A stretch of DNA of 63,545 nucleotides, the filler included, from Octopus bimaculoides (taxonomy: Eukaryota), in the NCBI RefSeq assembly GCF_001194135.2. It is 10 parts of 9 records of this genome, joined end to end, with 100 filler letters (N's around TTAATTAATTAA, not from the genome) between each part and the next. Parts side by side here need not be neighbours in the genome. Positions count along the whole stretch, not along the records: positions 49,698 to 58,956 come from NC_068998.1; positions 59,057 to 60,840 come from NW_026343899.1; positions 60,941 to 63,545 come from NC_069008.1; 7 more parts are not named here. One strand, 5' to 3'. The notes under the pieces are model-generated. The model saw nothing but the letters and a program-made list of their open reading frames with translations, was not told where the DNA came from and searched no databases. Each line of letters begins with the position of its first letter. Positions within the stretch are counted from its first letter, which is position 1. Shown piece by piece: positions 51,561-63,545 of this stretch. The translations under genes and the position numbers were made by a program.

Positions 51561-51689
51561 CCTTGCACTCTCTTGTCTTAGAAAGAACTTTTCCTCCACC
51601 ACTTCCTCTTCCGGTCCTTCCACAATGTAACCTGGTGTACATCGGTGGCGATTTTTTCTTCCTCCGTTTTTCCCAACTTTGAACTTTCC

Positions 51690-51795
51690 TTGTTTCCGAC
51701 GAAGAGATCCGCTCAAAACGTCATACTCTCTCTTTCCTTTCCTGAGCGTCTTGTAACACAATCTGTATCAGATCCTCACGTTGTTGTCTTTTGTT
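51690..51795 (+). repeat. Repeat family E fragment with a degenerate hammerhead module
   Basis: ccgacga-a-gag-atccg-ctc-aaaacgtc followed by ttcctgagcgtc. Confidence 0.5.
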
Positions 51796-54700
51796 GTTGT
51801 TTTTTGTTTTTTTTCCTTTTTTTGAACTTNNNNNNNNNNNNNNNNNNNNNNNNNNNNNNNNNNNNNNNNNNNNNNNNNNNNNNNNNNNNNNNNNNNNNNN
51901 NNNNNNNNNNNNNNNNNNNNNNNNNNNNNTTTTTTCACTTTAAAGGTGGTTATGTTATTTTGTTGGGATTAATCCACCTCAACCACCACAGCCTTCAGCT
52001 CATATAGGCACCACTGGGTCAATAAATCCGGTGAACCCTGTAATATACCTGCCTCTACCCCCTGCAGTCACTGCAGAAAACACAGACACAGACATCATGT
52101 ATAGGAACGCATGAGGAAATACCCTGCCTACAACCATAAGTGTGCTACATGTGGCATCTTGTACCACTATGATAGTGTCTGCTGCCAACAAAGTCGTCCC
52201 CAGGCAGCTGACACAGAAAACAACATATCTACAATATTCAACAGCCTATGTTTTGTGGTCAACCTCCCTGATGAATCTTCTACCCAAGCAATAATTCTTG
52301 ACCACCATGTGTATAATGAACCCTGCGATGCCTGCGTAAAATGCTCTTCTGACCCCCATCCCTTCATTCAAACCGACCCACCTGACACGAAGGGATTGGG
52401 CTTTCACATTTCTCTTTCACGACCAACCACAGCTAACCATCACAACGCTACGGCAGACACTGGATGCCAGTCATGCCTGGCTGGGACAAGTCTTCTATCC
52501 AAACTGGGCCTGGACTAGCACCACCTTATATGGTCAATATGAAAATGACTGCCACTAACAGTAGCCCCATAGATATCATCGGTGCCCTGACCCTACACAT
52601 ATCTGGGACTGCCCCATCCTCTGTGAAGTGCATGACCTGTCAAATCATCAACATCACTCCTTCAACTGACAAACTTTTCCTCTCCAAGCAAGCCTGTGTT
52701 GCCCTCAGTATGATTCCTCCCCATGATTAAAGAAAGCTGTGAGAATGCTGACACCCCACTGGAAACATCTCCTCCAATGATGATTCAGAACATATGTGGC
52801 TTCCCCTATGACAAATACCACCTCCTCCTCCCACTTCACGACCATTCCCAGCCACTAAGGAGAACCATGGTCACCTGGAGAAGTGGCTGCTAGAATACTA
52901 CAGCTCCAGCACATTCAATGTCTGCAATCAGCAACTAACCAAGATGTCTGGCTCACCGATCCGCTTAATGGTGGGCCCCGATGCTAAACCAATCGCCCAC
53001 CATACGCCAATACCAGTCCCACTTCATTGGCAAGAGTAAGTGAAATTAGGTCTCAACCGCGACGTTCAACTTGGAGTTATCAAGCATTTCCCCATTTGTA
53101 CACTTGTCACCTGGAACCACAGAATTGTGGTATGCCCCAAAAAGTCTGGAAAACTTCAATGGACTGTCAATCTTCAGCCCCTCAACTGACATGTGGTCCA
53201 CGAGACACATCACACCTAATCCCCATTTCACCAAGCCTGCTCTGTACCACCCTACACACAAGAAACTGGCTACCACAGCATCACCTTCGACGCAAGGGAC
53301 TGCCACCTAACCACTTTCATCATGCCCTGGGGCCACTTCCGCTATTGCGTTGCACCACAAGGATGCATCACTTTAGCAAATAGCTGCAGCCAACAGTTCG
53401 ACAAAATTGTCTCAAGCATACCCCAGAAAACAAAGTGCATCGACGACACCTTGATGTGGTTGAATACCAAAAAATGAAGCATTCTTTCAGACCGTCCAAT
53501 GACCTGACATTTGTGGTTCCAATGGCATCATTCTGAATCCCACTAAGTTCAACTTTGCCCAAACTACCATTGAATTTGCTGGGTTTGAGATCACCCCTAC
53601 CACAGTGCAATCTTGTGCCTGATATCTTGCAATCCATGACTTTCTTACTCCTAAGAACATCACTGACATTTGCAGCTGGTCTCTTATGCCTTCACTTCTG
53701 CCAAACAAATATTGCCATTCCGGGAACTCCTCAAACCAGGCACATGGTTTGTATGGACAGACCAGCTGAATAGGCTCTTTGAGGAGTCCAAATCAATCAT
53801 CAATGAGATCCAAAGAGGTGCGGAGATCTTTGACAAAACCAGGTCAATTTTCCTTGCCACTGACTGGATCAAAGACAGCACTGGCTTCTGGCTGTTTCAA
53901 AAACATTGCACGTGCCTTTCCCCCTACCCCTTTTGCTACAAATCTGGCTGGAAAATCACCCTGGTTGGGAGCCACTTCACTTCCGCAGCAGAATCTCATT
54001 ACCCACCAGTGGAGGGCAAAACAATAGTAGTTACCAATGCATTGGACAAAGCATGCCACTTCACCCTTGGCTGCACTAATCTCATTGTTGCAGTTCACCA
54101 TAAACCTCTCTTGAAAGTATTTGGTGATCGCTGCCTGGATGCCATCTCGAACGCTTGATTGCGCAGCCTGAAAGATAAAACCCTACAGTATAACTTCAGC
54201 ATCATTCATGCACCAGTTGCTCACCATACAACAGCCAATGCTGTCTTACACCATCCTGTCAGACAGCCCACACCACCAGACTTCCCTGACGATGTTGCTG
54301 CCACAACCCATCCAACTGAGTTGCTCAGCCACCCATCTCTGCAACATTCTTTCCTGGAAACCATTCGTTCTACCGGAGGTGACAACACTACAACATGCTC
54401 TCACAATGACTACATTTTCCCGGTTACTGAGATCATCCAATCTGTCACGTGGGACATGGTCCGCACTGCTATTACCAGCAACCCAAGCATGACCAAACTC
54501 ATGGACACAATCAAGGATGGCTTCCCAGAGGACCATTCCAAAGACTGCCAGAGCTGCTGCAATACTACCAGTTTCATGATGAACTCACCAGCTTTGATGG
54601 AGTTATCCTGTATCATGGCAGGATTGTCATACCTACCTCCCTTCACATGCAGGTCCTCCAGGCATTACACTCAGCGCATCAGGGTGTGATACAAATGTGT

Positions 54701-55158
54701 TCCAGAGCAGAGACATCCTTCTTCTGGCTGGGCATGACCCCAGCCATCATTGAAATGCAGGAATGCTACTCAAACTGCAACCAAATGGCACCCTCACAGC
54801 CAAACACCCCACCCCCACCCGCCTTCAATGAATCTTGCCTACCCATTCCAAAGCCTATTTGCCGATTACTTCCAGAACCATAGCTACCACTACCATGTGG
54901 TTGAGGACAGATACAGTAACTGGCCCATCGAGGAGAAAGTATCTACCCTATGCCACATCCTCATGACATATGGCATCAGCGATGAGCTGACATTGGATGG
55001 AGGACCAGAGTTTACCTTACACTAGACAGTCACCTTCCTCCATAATTGGGGAGTGCACCACAGAATCATCCCTGTTGCATTTCCCCACAGCAACCTCCAT
55101 GCCAAGGTTGGTGTCAAGACAATATTGCATCGCATAACACACAACGGCATAACACACA

Positions 55159-55390
55159 GGCAGCGAGCTGGCAGAACCGTTAGCACACCGGGCGAAATGC
55201 TTAGCGGTATTTCGTCTGCCCGCTACGTTCTGAGTTCAAATTCCGCCGAGGTCGACTTTGCCTTTCATCCTTTCGGGGTCGATTAAATAAGTACCAGTTA
55301 CGCACTGGGGTCGATATAATCGATTTAATCCATTTGTCTGTCCTTGTTTGTCCCCTCTGTGTGTAGCCCCTTGTGGGTAGTAAAGAAATA
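55159..55390 (+). mobile_element. SINE family A inserted in the Gypsy integrase, with an alternative 3' tail
   Basis: Near-consensus head; ataacaca is duplicated at 55149 and 55388; integrase reading resumes afterwards ([23 protein letters not shown]). Confidence 0.9.
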
Positions 55391-56368
55391 ACACAACACT
55401 AACGCCAATGGCTCCATCAGCATTGACAGTTTCCAGCACACAATGCTACAATACAGAAATATACCTGACCAGGACACACACTTGTCCCCAGCCGTGTGCA
55501 TCTTTTGCCGCCCAATATGAAACTTTATTCCCCTCCATCTCAGCAAGTACCAGCCACACTCCACATGGCGTGAGACTATGACTTCTTGCAAAGAAGCCCT
55601 GCGTAACCGCCACATGCATGCTGCCAAACGGTTGTCAGAACACATATGCCCACATCCACCACTGACTGTCAGAGATTGTATCCAAATCCAAAACCAAGTT
55701 AGACCCAATCCTACCAAATGGGACAAAACTAGTGTCATCATAGAGGTACACCAGTTCAATCAGTATGTGCTGAGAGTGGATGGCTCAGGCCGAGTCACAC
55801 TGCACAACAGAAAATTCCTCCAGAAGTATCTACCGGTTGTTCCTCATGCACCACTACTCACAGACCCTGGACCATCTGCATTCCTGACACCAACACCAAT
55901 GACAAAACTACCTTCTCAACCCAGTTTAACAGCTCCTCATGCAGCTACACCACCGAGACCTCAGGCCTACCCAACGTGCCCATTTCCCAACACCAAGACC
56001 ACCACAACTGGGAACCCATTTACACTGCCTACCCACAGAGCCAAGTCAACTCCTCCCACCTTCACCACCTCAAGATGTTCCACCAATGGTTGTACCCCAA
56101 GAACCCTTCAAGCCTTATGATGACACAATGCCCTTGGCCTCTAAGAGCAGCCCTTACATGATGCAGCTGATCCCCCATCCAGCAATCACCCCATTTGTCG
56201 CTCCACCAGATTGGCAAAGATTGACACAAAAGCTTGATACACAAATGACACATTGCCCCTTGATCATCACACCATCAATATTAATTAACTGTCTCTCACA
56301 CTAATTATCCCATTTTCTTTAACCATTTGCTACATATTATCAGTCTTCTTTGCTTCCTCCAAAGACTT

Positions 56369-56570
56369 GGGGAGGGCATAGAGGATTACAACTAAACACA
56401 CATATATTATCATTTATTACATTACATTCAATTCAGCATACATTATTCATTTCATTATCCGTCATCTTTTCCTTCACGTTTCAGGTATACTGAAGACCCT
56501 TTCTGTCATTGCTTCAATCTACGTAAATAAAGTGTTGGTGAAAGAAAAGAGTTGCCAGACTTATTTAATA
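56369..56570 (+). other. Possible polypurine tract and 3' LTR of the Gypsy element
   Basis: ggggaggg followed by ~190 bp containing aataaa; no 5' LTR partner visible (gap upstream). Confidence 0.35.
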
Positions 56571-56584
56571 TATATATATATATA

Positions 56585-56805
56585 ACTCGTGTGTACGTCT
56601 GTCTTCCTCTACCATCACATGACAAACGACGTTGGTGTGTTTAGGTCCCCGTAACTTAGTGGTTCAGCAAAAAAAGACCGATAGAATAAGTGCTAAGCTC
56701 ATAAAGAATAAGTCCTGGGGTTGATTTCTTCGACTAAAACCCTTTAAGATGGTGCTCCAGCATGGCCACAGTCAAATGATTGAAACAAGTAAAAGAGTAA
56801 AAGAA
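56585..56805 (+). mobile_element. SINE family B, 3' half
   Basis: gtccccgtaacttagtggttcagc...ggtgctccagcatggccacagtc. Confidence 0.8.
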
Positions 56806-56958
56806 TATATGTATATATATAATTAAATCAAGCAGCAGTTTAGCAATGTATCACCAGAAAGGAAAACTATAATTGCCATTAAATATGATAGAGGATGTTA
56901 GAACACCTACAATGCTAGGTGATCTGTGTATATATACATATATATGTTCATAGCTATA

Positions 56959-58054
56959 TATTGAATCATTCCATAAATAAAGCACATTTTTTATACTTCT
57001 TTTATTTTTCAAAATTAAGATATATAAACTTCTTTATTACTCTAAAATATACTCTCGTTCATTTTCTACAATGCTCTTCCATCTATCTGGTAGACTTGCA
57101 AGGCCCTTCTTCCAAAATTCACTTGTCCATGATGAAAAATACTCCTCCAGTACTATACTGACCTTGTCTACAGAATTCATATTTTTTCTATCCAAATGAT
57201 TTTGAAGACTGTGGAATAAATGATAATCAGATAGGGAAATGTCTGGCGAATATGGTGGGTTGGATATCATTTCTCATTCAAACTGCTCCAGCCTTTGGAA
57301 TGTCAACCTCACTGTATGTGGCCGAGCATTATTCTGATGGAAGAACACCTTTCGTCTTGAAACCAAAGATGATCATTTTTCTTAAGGCACTCAAGCTACT
57401 CACAGTAGATCTCCTTTGTTATCGTTTGGTTTGGTTTTAAAAGTTCAAAGTGAACTGAACTTTTCATATCCCACCAAACAGATAACAACACCTTACGTGG
57501 GTAAAGACCTTCGTTAGCCTGGGGTGCCGGAGTTTCTCCTTTCCCTACTCACTGTTGTCAGCAGTTGACATTTTTATAGAGAACCCATTTCTCATCACCA
57601 GTCACTATTCATTTCAAAGGTTCATTCGTGAAACTTTTCAGCAAAGAGCACACATTCACTTTCTGCACATAATTAAACTGAGACAGTTTGTGAGGCATCT
57701 ATTAACCCAATTTGCTGACTTTTCCGATGGCACGCAGGTGTTGATGAATGGTTGAATGACCAAATCCAAGCTTCTCTGCTCAACAGTTATAATGAGATTT
57801 TGTTCCACCAGGGTTTGCAGGACATCCTCAACAAGCTCTACAGATCTTCCAGGATGAGACTCAATCTTCTAGGTTCTGGTTTCCGGCTTGGAATTTCTGG
57901 TACCACTGTTTGTCCAATCCCCATATACTGCATTAATATTCCTCACACTTTCTGTTGCATTGTTGCCTGTATTGAACTCGCAAAGCAAAAGATGCCAAAT
58001 ATGCTCTTCTGTCACTTCCATTATAACTTTGAAAAAATAACTGTTGGGATGACC

Positions 58055-58058
<4 letters not shown>
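56959..58058 (-). mobile_element. Near full-length decayed mariner transposon
   Basis: ATG at 58021: MEVTEEHIWHLLLCEFNTGNNATESVRNINAVYG; IVTGDEKWVLYKN; QNNARPH; PPYSPDISLSDYHLF...WKKGLASLPDRWKSIVEN; partial TIRs with TA flanks. Confidence 0.92.
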
Positions 58059-58105
<47 letters not shown>

Positions 58106-58119
58106 GTATATATATATAA

Positions 58120-58573
58120 TCGAAGAAAGTTAGGGGTTGTGAATCCAACCCACTAAGGGATAATATCTATCCAATATACTGTCGGAAGGATACCCAATTA
58201 CTATTACACTAGTGTTTGTATATTGTAAATTAACTCCATGAACTTTGTAAATTTCTGAAGAGGCCTAGAGAACCATACATGTACCTCTATTTTCATCCAT
58301 TTCATCTATCAATTACTCCAGTTTACTGGAGTTAAATAGATAGAATGAGGCATGTCACCTCTAGGCTGAAACAGCTGTAAGACATTGACCCTTCTTTGGT
58401 CACTAGATGTCCTTTTTAATTTTTATTACTGATATGACATAATATGTCATATGTGTTTGTATATTGTTTTTATTGTCCTGACCTCTTAGTTGAAAAATAA
58501 ACAGGCAAATAGACATAATATAATGTCTGCAAGTTGATGAGTACCACATATTCCCCTCCATTTTCTTATTGCT
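58120..58573 (+). mobile_element. ~450-bp non-coding element carrying a hammerhead (PLE pLTR/retrozyme-like), flanked by (TA)n
   Basis: Non-repetitive block between two TA microsatellites, containing the HHR below. Confidence 0.5.
58252..58382 (+). ncRNA. Type I hammerhead ribozyme with intact core and long stem II
   Basis: CUGAAGA 58255-58261; 9-bp stem II GGCCUAGAG/CUCUAGGCU; GAAA 58368-58371; AC-AGCU-GUA (palindromic ACAGCUGU); predicted cut after 58379; short stem I UUU/AGA. Confidence 0.75.
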
Positions 58574-58591
58574 ATATATATATATTTATTA

Positions 58592-58908
58592 GAGACCCCC
58601 TTCGGTCATAAATGACCATGGAATTGCACCTAGAAAGTTACCCTCCGAGGCAAGATTGTTTGTGGAAGGCTAACAGTCGCCCATGCATACCAGCCTCCCC
58701 TCTCCATACCACTGATGCTATCCAAGGGAAAAGCAAAAGCCGATACAGCTTGGCACCAGTGATGTTGCAACTCATTTTTACAGCTGAGTTAACTGGAGCA
58801 ACGTGAAATAAAGTGTCTTGCTCAAAAACACAACACACAGCCCAGTCCGGGAATCGAACTCACGTCACGATTGTAAGCTCGACGCTCTAACCACTGAGCC
58901 ATGCATCT
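58592..58908 (-). mobile_element. SINE family C, full length
   Basis: Collinear with 17438-17773. Confidence 0.85.
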
Positions 58909-58909
58909 T

Positions 58910-58942
<33 letters not shown>

Positions 58943-59056
58943 GTATATATATATATNNNNNNNNNNNNNNNNNNNNNNNNNNNNNNNNNNNNNNNNNNNN
59001 TTAATTAATTAANNNNNNNNNNNNNNNNNNNNNNNNNNNNNNNNNNNNNNNNNNNN

Positions 59057-59345
59057 CTCTAACCTAATTTACTGCATTAGATGCAACTTATGTGACAGAC
59101 TATATGTGTGTCAGACAGGCCGCCGGCTGGCCGACCGTTTCACCGAACACCTTAGGGACATTCGGCTAGGTTCGGACTTCCCCGTCGCCCGTCATTTCCA
59201 CTTGGCCAACCACTCCCCCTTTAACATCTCTGTTTTTGGCCTCGCTCTACACCACGGATCCACCCTCTCATGACTCCACCTGGAACAGCGCTATATTTTC
59301 AAGTTACGAACAGCTTTCCCCTTCGGACTCAACACAGACCCCTCC
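59057..59345 (+). pseudogene. Penelope-like GIY-YIG endonuclease fragment, copy 2
   Basis: SNLIYCIRCNLCDRLYVCQTGRRLADRFTEHLRDIRLGSDFPVARHFHLANHS...*LHLEQRYIFKLRTAFPFGLNTDP (one stop). Confidence 0.9.
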
Positions 59346-59479
59346 TCCTTATGACTGTCTCCTTATGACGAAGCAACACTTCTTTTCAATTTTCCTTGTT
59401 GTCTTTTTATAGTAATCCCCCTTACCCCTTATCCACTTTACCTTATTACAATTATTCACAATTTATTTCAGTTCTTTAT

Positions 59480-60840
59480 ACACGTACACATACCCACGCA
59501 CACATACATATACACACACATGAGAAACACATGCACCAGTGTACACACCTGAATGCACACATAACCCCACACACACCACACATATGCATGTACTTACCCG
59601 CTCAGATTCATCTAAACACATACACACGCACACTTGTGCACACACACACACACGCATACATATACATACACACACACACACACACACACCCATGCATGCA
59701 TAACCCATATATACCTCCCATTCACATATACCTCACACACACCTGAAACATACACCTCCCACACACCTGACATGTATACCTCCCACACACCCGACAACAC
59801 GTATGACAGACATACATGCACGCTCATACACACATATAGATGAACACACATATATACATCCATACACACGCACACCTACTCACACAACCCTACACACACA
59901 CAGACACACACACCCATATATACGCGCACACATAAACGCACACACCTACATACAACCACATACATATACACACACACAGAAGTGCATACACGCAATAAGA
60001 CGCACACATACTTGACACATCTCTACGCTCACACAAACACATGCACATGCACACACGCATGGACATATACACACACACTTGAACACGCACGCACACATAC
60101 CTCGCACATACACAACACACACTCACGCAGACACGCATACAATTACACACACATGGGCATAAATAACACGCACATGCACGCACGTACGTAAGCAAACACA
60201 TGCTCGCACACATACGCAGGAACGCACATATACACAACATACACATACATACACACACGCACGCGCACACAAACATATACACATGCACACACACACACAC
60301 GCACGCAACAAACCCACACGCGTACGCACATCCACACACACATGCACCCCCCACACACACACACGCACATATACCTCCACACACAACCCCCCGTCTACAT
60401 ACACGCACACACATCACACGCACATACACATGCACACAAATGAACGCACACATAACTCCTACACACACTCACACACACACACCCAAGTATACATACATGG
60501 ACACACACGCAAATGAACCCACACATAACTCCCATACACATACGCACATACACGCACACACACACACACAAATAACCCACATGCGATACACAGAGCAAAC
60601 TGCATGCATACACACGCACACACACACACGTACACACACATATACATACACACATGCACACACTACAAGGAAAACACGCTCACACAACATAGACGCACAC
60701 ACACACACATACTTAAAAACTGCTTGCTCAATTTCTGCTGACCATTGTCCACGCACACGAAAAAAAGGTGACAGACAACAACTCCCAAATAATTCTTGCT
60801 ACTAATTCCTTCTACAACGTTAAGCGACACAGACACACAC
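59480..60840. repeat. Complex CA-rich cryptic satellite, copy 2
   Basis: Same ordered landmarks as copy 1. Confidence 0.8.
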
Positions 60841-61074
60841 NNNNNNNNNNNNNNNNNNNNNNNNNNNNNNNNNNNNNNNNNNNNTTAATTAATTAANNNN
60901 NNNNNNNNNNNNNNNNNNNNNNNNNNNNNNNNNNNNNNNNAAGCAGCATCTGCATTTGGGAGACGTCACTTGTACTTCCCAGATTCCTGTACTCTAGCAA
61001 ATCTTCGAAAACCAGTTGGGGGGCGCTCAGTAAGTATTTTGTTGTTGAAGTACCTTGCATTTTTTTATCTGTGC

Positions 61075-61375
61075 AGGCGTGACTGTGTGGTATGAAATTT
61101 ATTTCCCAACCACATAAATTCGGGTTCAGTCCCACTGCATTCCACGACAGCCTCAAGACGACCAGTACCTCGTGAGTGGACGGAAGCTGAAAGAAGCCTG
61201 TTATATATGCATCTATGTGTATGTATCCTTGAGCTGGTCCCTACCATCAACTTTTGACAACTGGTGTTGGCGAGTTTACGCCCACTTAAATGAGCGGTTC
61301 GGCAAAAGAGACCTATAAAATAAGTACAAGGTTTAGAAAACGAAGTAAGTAATGGTCTTGATTCATTTAACATGG
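61075..61375 (+). mobile_element. SINE family B, near full length, degenerate
   Basis: Joins the B head (gtgactgtgtggt...gggttcagtcccactg) to the B tail (agcggttcggcaaaagagacc) through a short TG/TA tract. Confidence 0.75.
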
Positions 61376-62724
61376 GAGTTATAAGTATGTCTTAGCCAGC
61401 GGCCGGTTCATTCAAGATTGTTGCCTACAGAACTCGGGAGCACAATTTTTTGATAATCCGTGTACCATTGCACATTATAGGAGCATCTAAATTCCTTAGC
61501 AGCATGATTGGCGCGCCAACTTTCAGATGCAGTTCGTGAACTGGTAGTTCTGCGGGTCCCCCCTTTTGTCAGATTTGTCATGGGCCGGCCAGTCTATCTC
61601 GGATACATGGGAAGCTGGATTAAATTTTTCATCAACATAGGGGAGCCGAAATATATTTTTTCAATGTCAAAAGGAAGCCAAATCGCGAAAAAGGTTGAGA
61701 AATGCTGATCTATANNNNNNNNNNNNNNNNNNNNNNNNNNNNNNNNNNNNNNNNNNNNNNNNNNNNNNNNNNNNNNNNNNNNNNNNNNNNNNNNNNNNNN
61801 NNNNNNNNNNNNNNNNNNNNNNNNNNNNNNNNNNNNNNNNNNNNNNNNNNNNNNNNNNNNNNNNNNNNNNNNNNNNNNNNNNNNNNNNNNNNNNNNNNNN
61901 NNNNNNNNNNNNNNNNNNNNNNNNNNNNNNNNNNNNNNNNNNNNNNNNNNNNNNNNNNNNNNNNNNNNNNNNNNNNNNNNNNNNNNNNNNNNNNNNNNNN
62001 NNNNNNNNNNNNNNNNNNNNNNNNNNNNNNNNNNNNNNNNNNNNNNNNNNNNNNNNNNNNNNNNNNNNNNNNNNNNNNNNNNNNNNNNNNNNNNNNNNNN
62101 NNNNNNNNNNNNNNNNNNNNNNNNNNNNNNNNNNNNNNNNNNNNNNNNNNNNNNNNNNNNNNNNNNNNNNNNNNNNNNNNNNNNNNNNNNNNNNNNNNNN
62201 NNNNNNNNNNNNNNNNNNNNNNNNNNNNNNNNNNNNNNNNNNNNNNNNNNNNNNNNNNNNNNNNNNNNNNNNNNNNNNNNNNNNNNNNNNNNNNNNNNNN
62301 NNNNNNNNNNNNNNNNNNNNNNNNNNNNNNNNNNNNNNNNNNNNNNNNNNNNNNNNNNNNNNNNNNNNNNNNNNNNNNNNNNNNNNNNNNNNNNNNNNNN
62401 NNNNNNNNNNNNNNNNNNNNNNNNNNNNNNNNNNNNNNNNNNNNNNNNNNNNNNNNNNNNNNNNNNNNNNNNNNNNNNNNNNNNNNNNNNNNNNNNNNNN
62501 NNNNNNNNNNNNNNNNNNNNNNNNNNNNNNNNNNNNNNNNNNNNNNNNNNNNATATGGTTTTAGTCGATCAAATCGACCCCAGTATTTTAGCCGAGTACT
62601 TATTCCATTGATCCCGTTTGCAGAACTGTTAAGTTATAGGGACGTAAACACACAAACATCGGTTATCAAGAGGTCACGGGTTTTTTTCGGCGATTTGATG
62701 AATTTATGTGTTTTCAGAACGTTG

Positions 62725-63030
62725 TTCACTTTAGGATCTCCAGTGAGCACTGGTAGTCTTTGTGCAATAGTGTTGTATGCCTTATTGTTTCTAGGGTTGT
62801 GAGTTGATATATTCGGTAGTATAATGAGATGAGGTGTGGTGTTTCGTTTTGCTTCCCTTAATATTTTACTGTCTATTTTCTTGACACGCTTAATTCCATC
62901 GTCTATAAGTGAGGGTGGAGTTTGTCTTTCAGTTAGTGTTGTTCTGAGTTTTTGAAGACGGAGATTCCGAGAGTATTTCTATCAGACACTATTGTGCGAA
63001 TCCTTTTTGCTAAATTTCTTTTGATATGTT
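62725..63030 (-). pseudogene. Penelope-like RT C-terminal/linker fragment
   Basis: Minus strand with frameshifts: HIKRNLAKRIRTIVSD...RLQKLRTTLTERQTPPSLIDDGIKR...LPNISTHNPRN...IAQRLPVLTGDPK. Confidence 0.7.
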
Positions 63031-63503
63031 CCGAGTGGCATGGAAATGGCTACGAAAAAGTGATCTGAAAGGATGGCCTCAGGCATTGATATGCAGCGCC
63101 CAGGAAGAAGCTCTGAGAACTAATTACACCAAGTTCCAAATAGATAAGAACAGCGAAATACCCCCTTTGTAGGTTGTGTAGCAACAAAAACATGAAATTG
63201 TCCTTGCATTCTTTTCTTTACCCACCTATTTTCAGTTTCATTCGTTTTCAATTGCTTGTATAATGCTTTATCTTTGCAATCCTTCATCCAACACAGGCCT
63301 GACCTTCTTACTTCTAATATTAGCGATTCTGTGGCATTTTTTACATACCATACTATGTTGTTTTCTTCTGCTCTAATGCTGTGTTCGCATCCAATAAGTC
63401 CTCTTCCCCCTCTTTTTCTTAGTCATTACAGTCTGTGTCACTTTTTGGGTGGAGTGTCCCATATCTAGTTAGCAACTTCCTTGTCTTTCTGTTGTTGTTG
63501 TTA

Positions 63504-63545
<42 letters not shown>

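Larger units (their letters stand above)
51990..56570 (+). mobile_element. pol: Decayed Ty3/Gypsy LTR retrotransposon (gag-pol pseudogene)
   Basis: Gag knuckle PAYNHKCATCGILYHYDSVC (~52120); protease ADTG (52453-52464); RT CIDD (53436-53447); RNase H LATDW...AESHYPPVEG; integrase ALHSAHQG...FFWLGM, LFADYF, LTLDGGPEFT. Domain order PR-RT-RH-INT; many stops and frameshifts. Confidence 0.93.

Noticed and set aside
61390-61700. Possible hAT-like MITE
   Set aside because: Putative TIRs match only about 9 of 13 nt and no TSD is visible.

Overview
Gene-poor, microsatellite-saturated, gapped animal scaffold. The repeat families resemble those I recall from Octopus (inference, not a database result). 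I found no convincing host protein-coding gene; almost all ORF-track entries are microsatellite or N-gap artefacts. Supported content: one intact tRNA-Leu(TAG) gene, a decayed Gypsy LTR retrotransposon (gag knuckle, protease, RT, RNase H, integrase) with a SINE inserted in it, two mariner remnants, a decayed Chapaev3-like transposase with an in-frame intron, fragments of Tx1-, CR1- and R4/Dong-like LINEs, four Penelope-like (PLE) ORF fragments, many tRNA-derived SINEs and four foldback/MITE elements. Most interesting signal: hammerhead ribozyme (HHR) motifs. One has an intact catalytic core and a ~105-nt extended stem II (58252-58382). Two sit in the tails of tRNA-headed SINEs fused head-to-head into a ~585-bp palindrome (38558-39143). 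Several degenerate relics also occur. Together these suggest a Pol III SINE/retrozyme-like system mobilised by Penelope-like elements.
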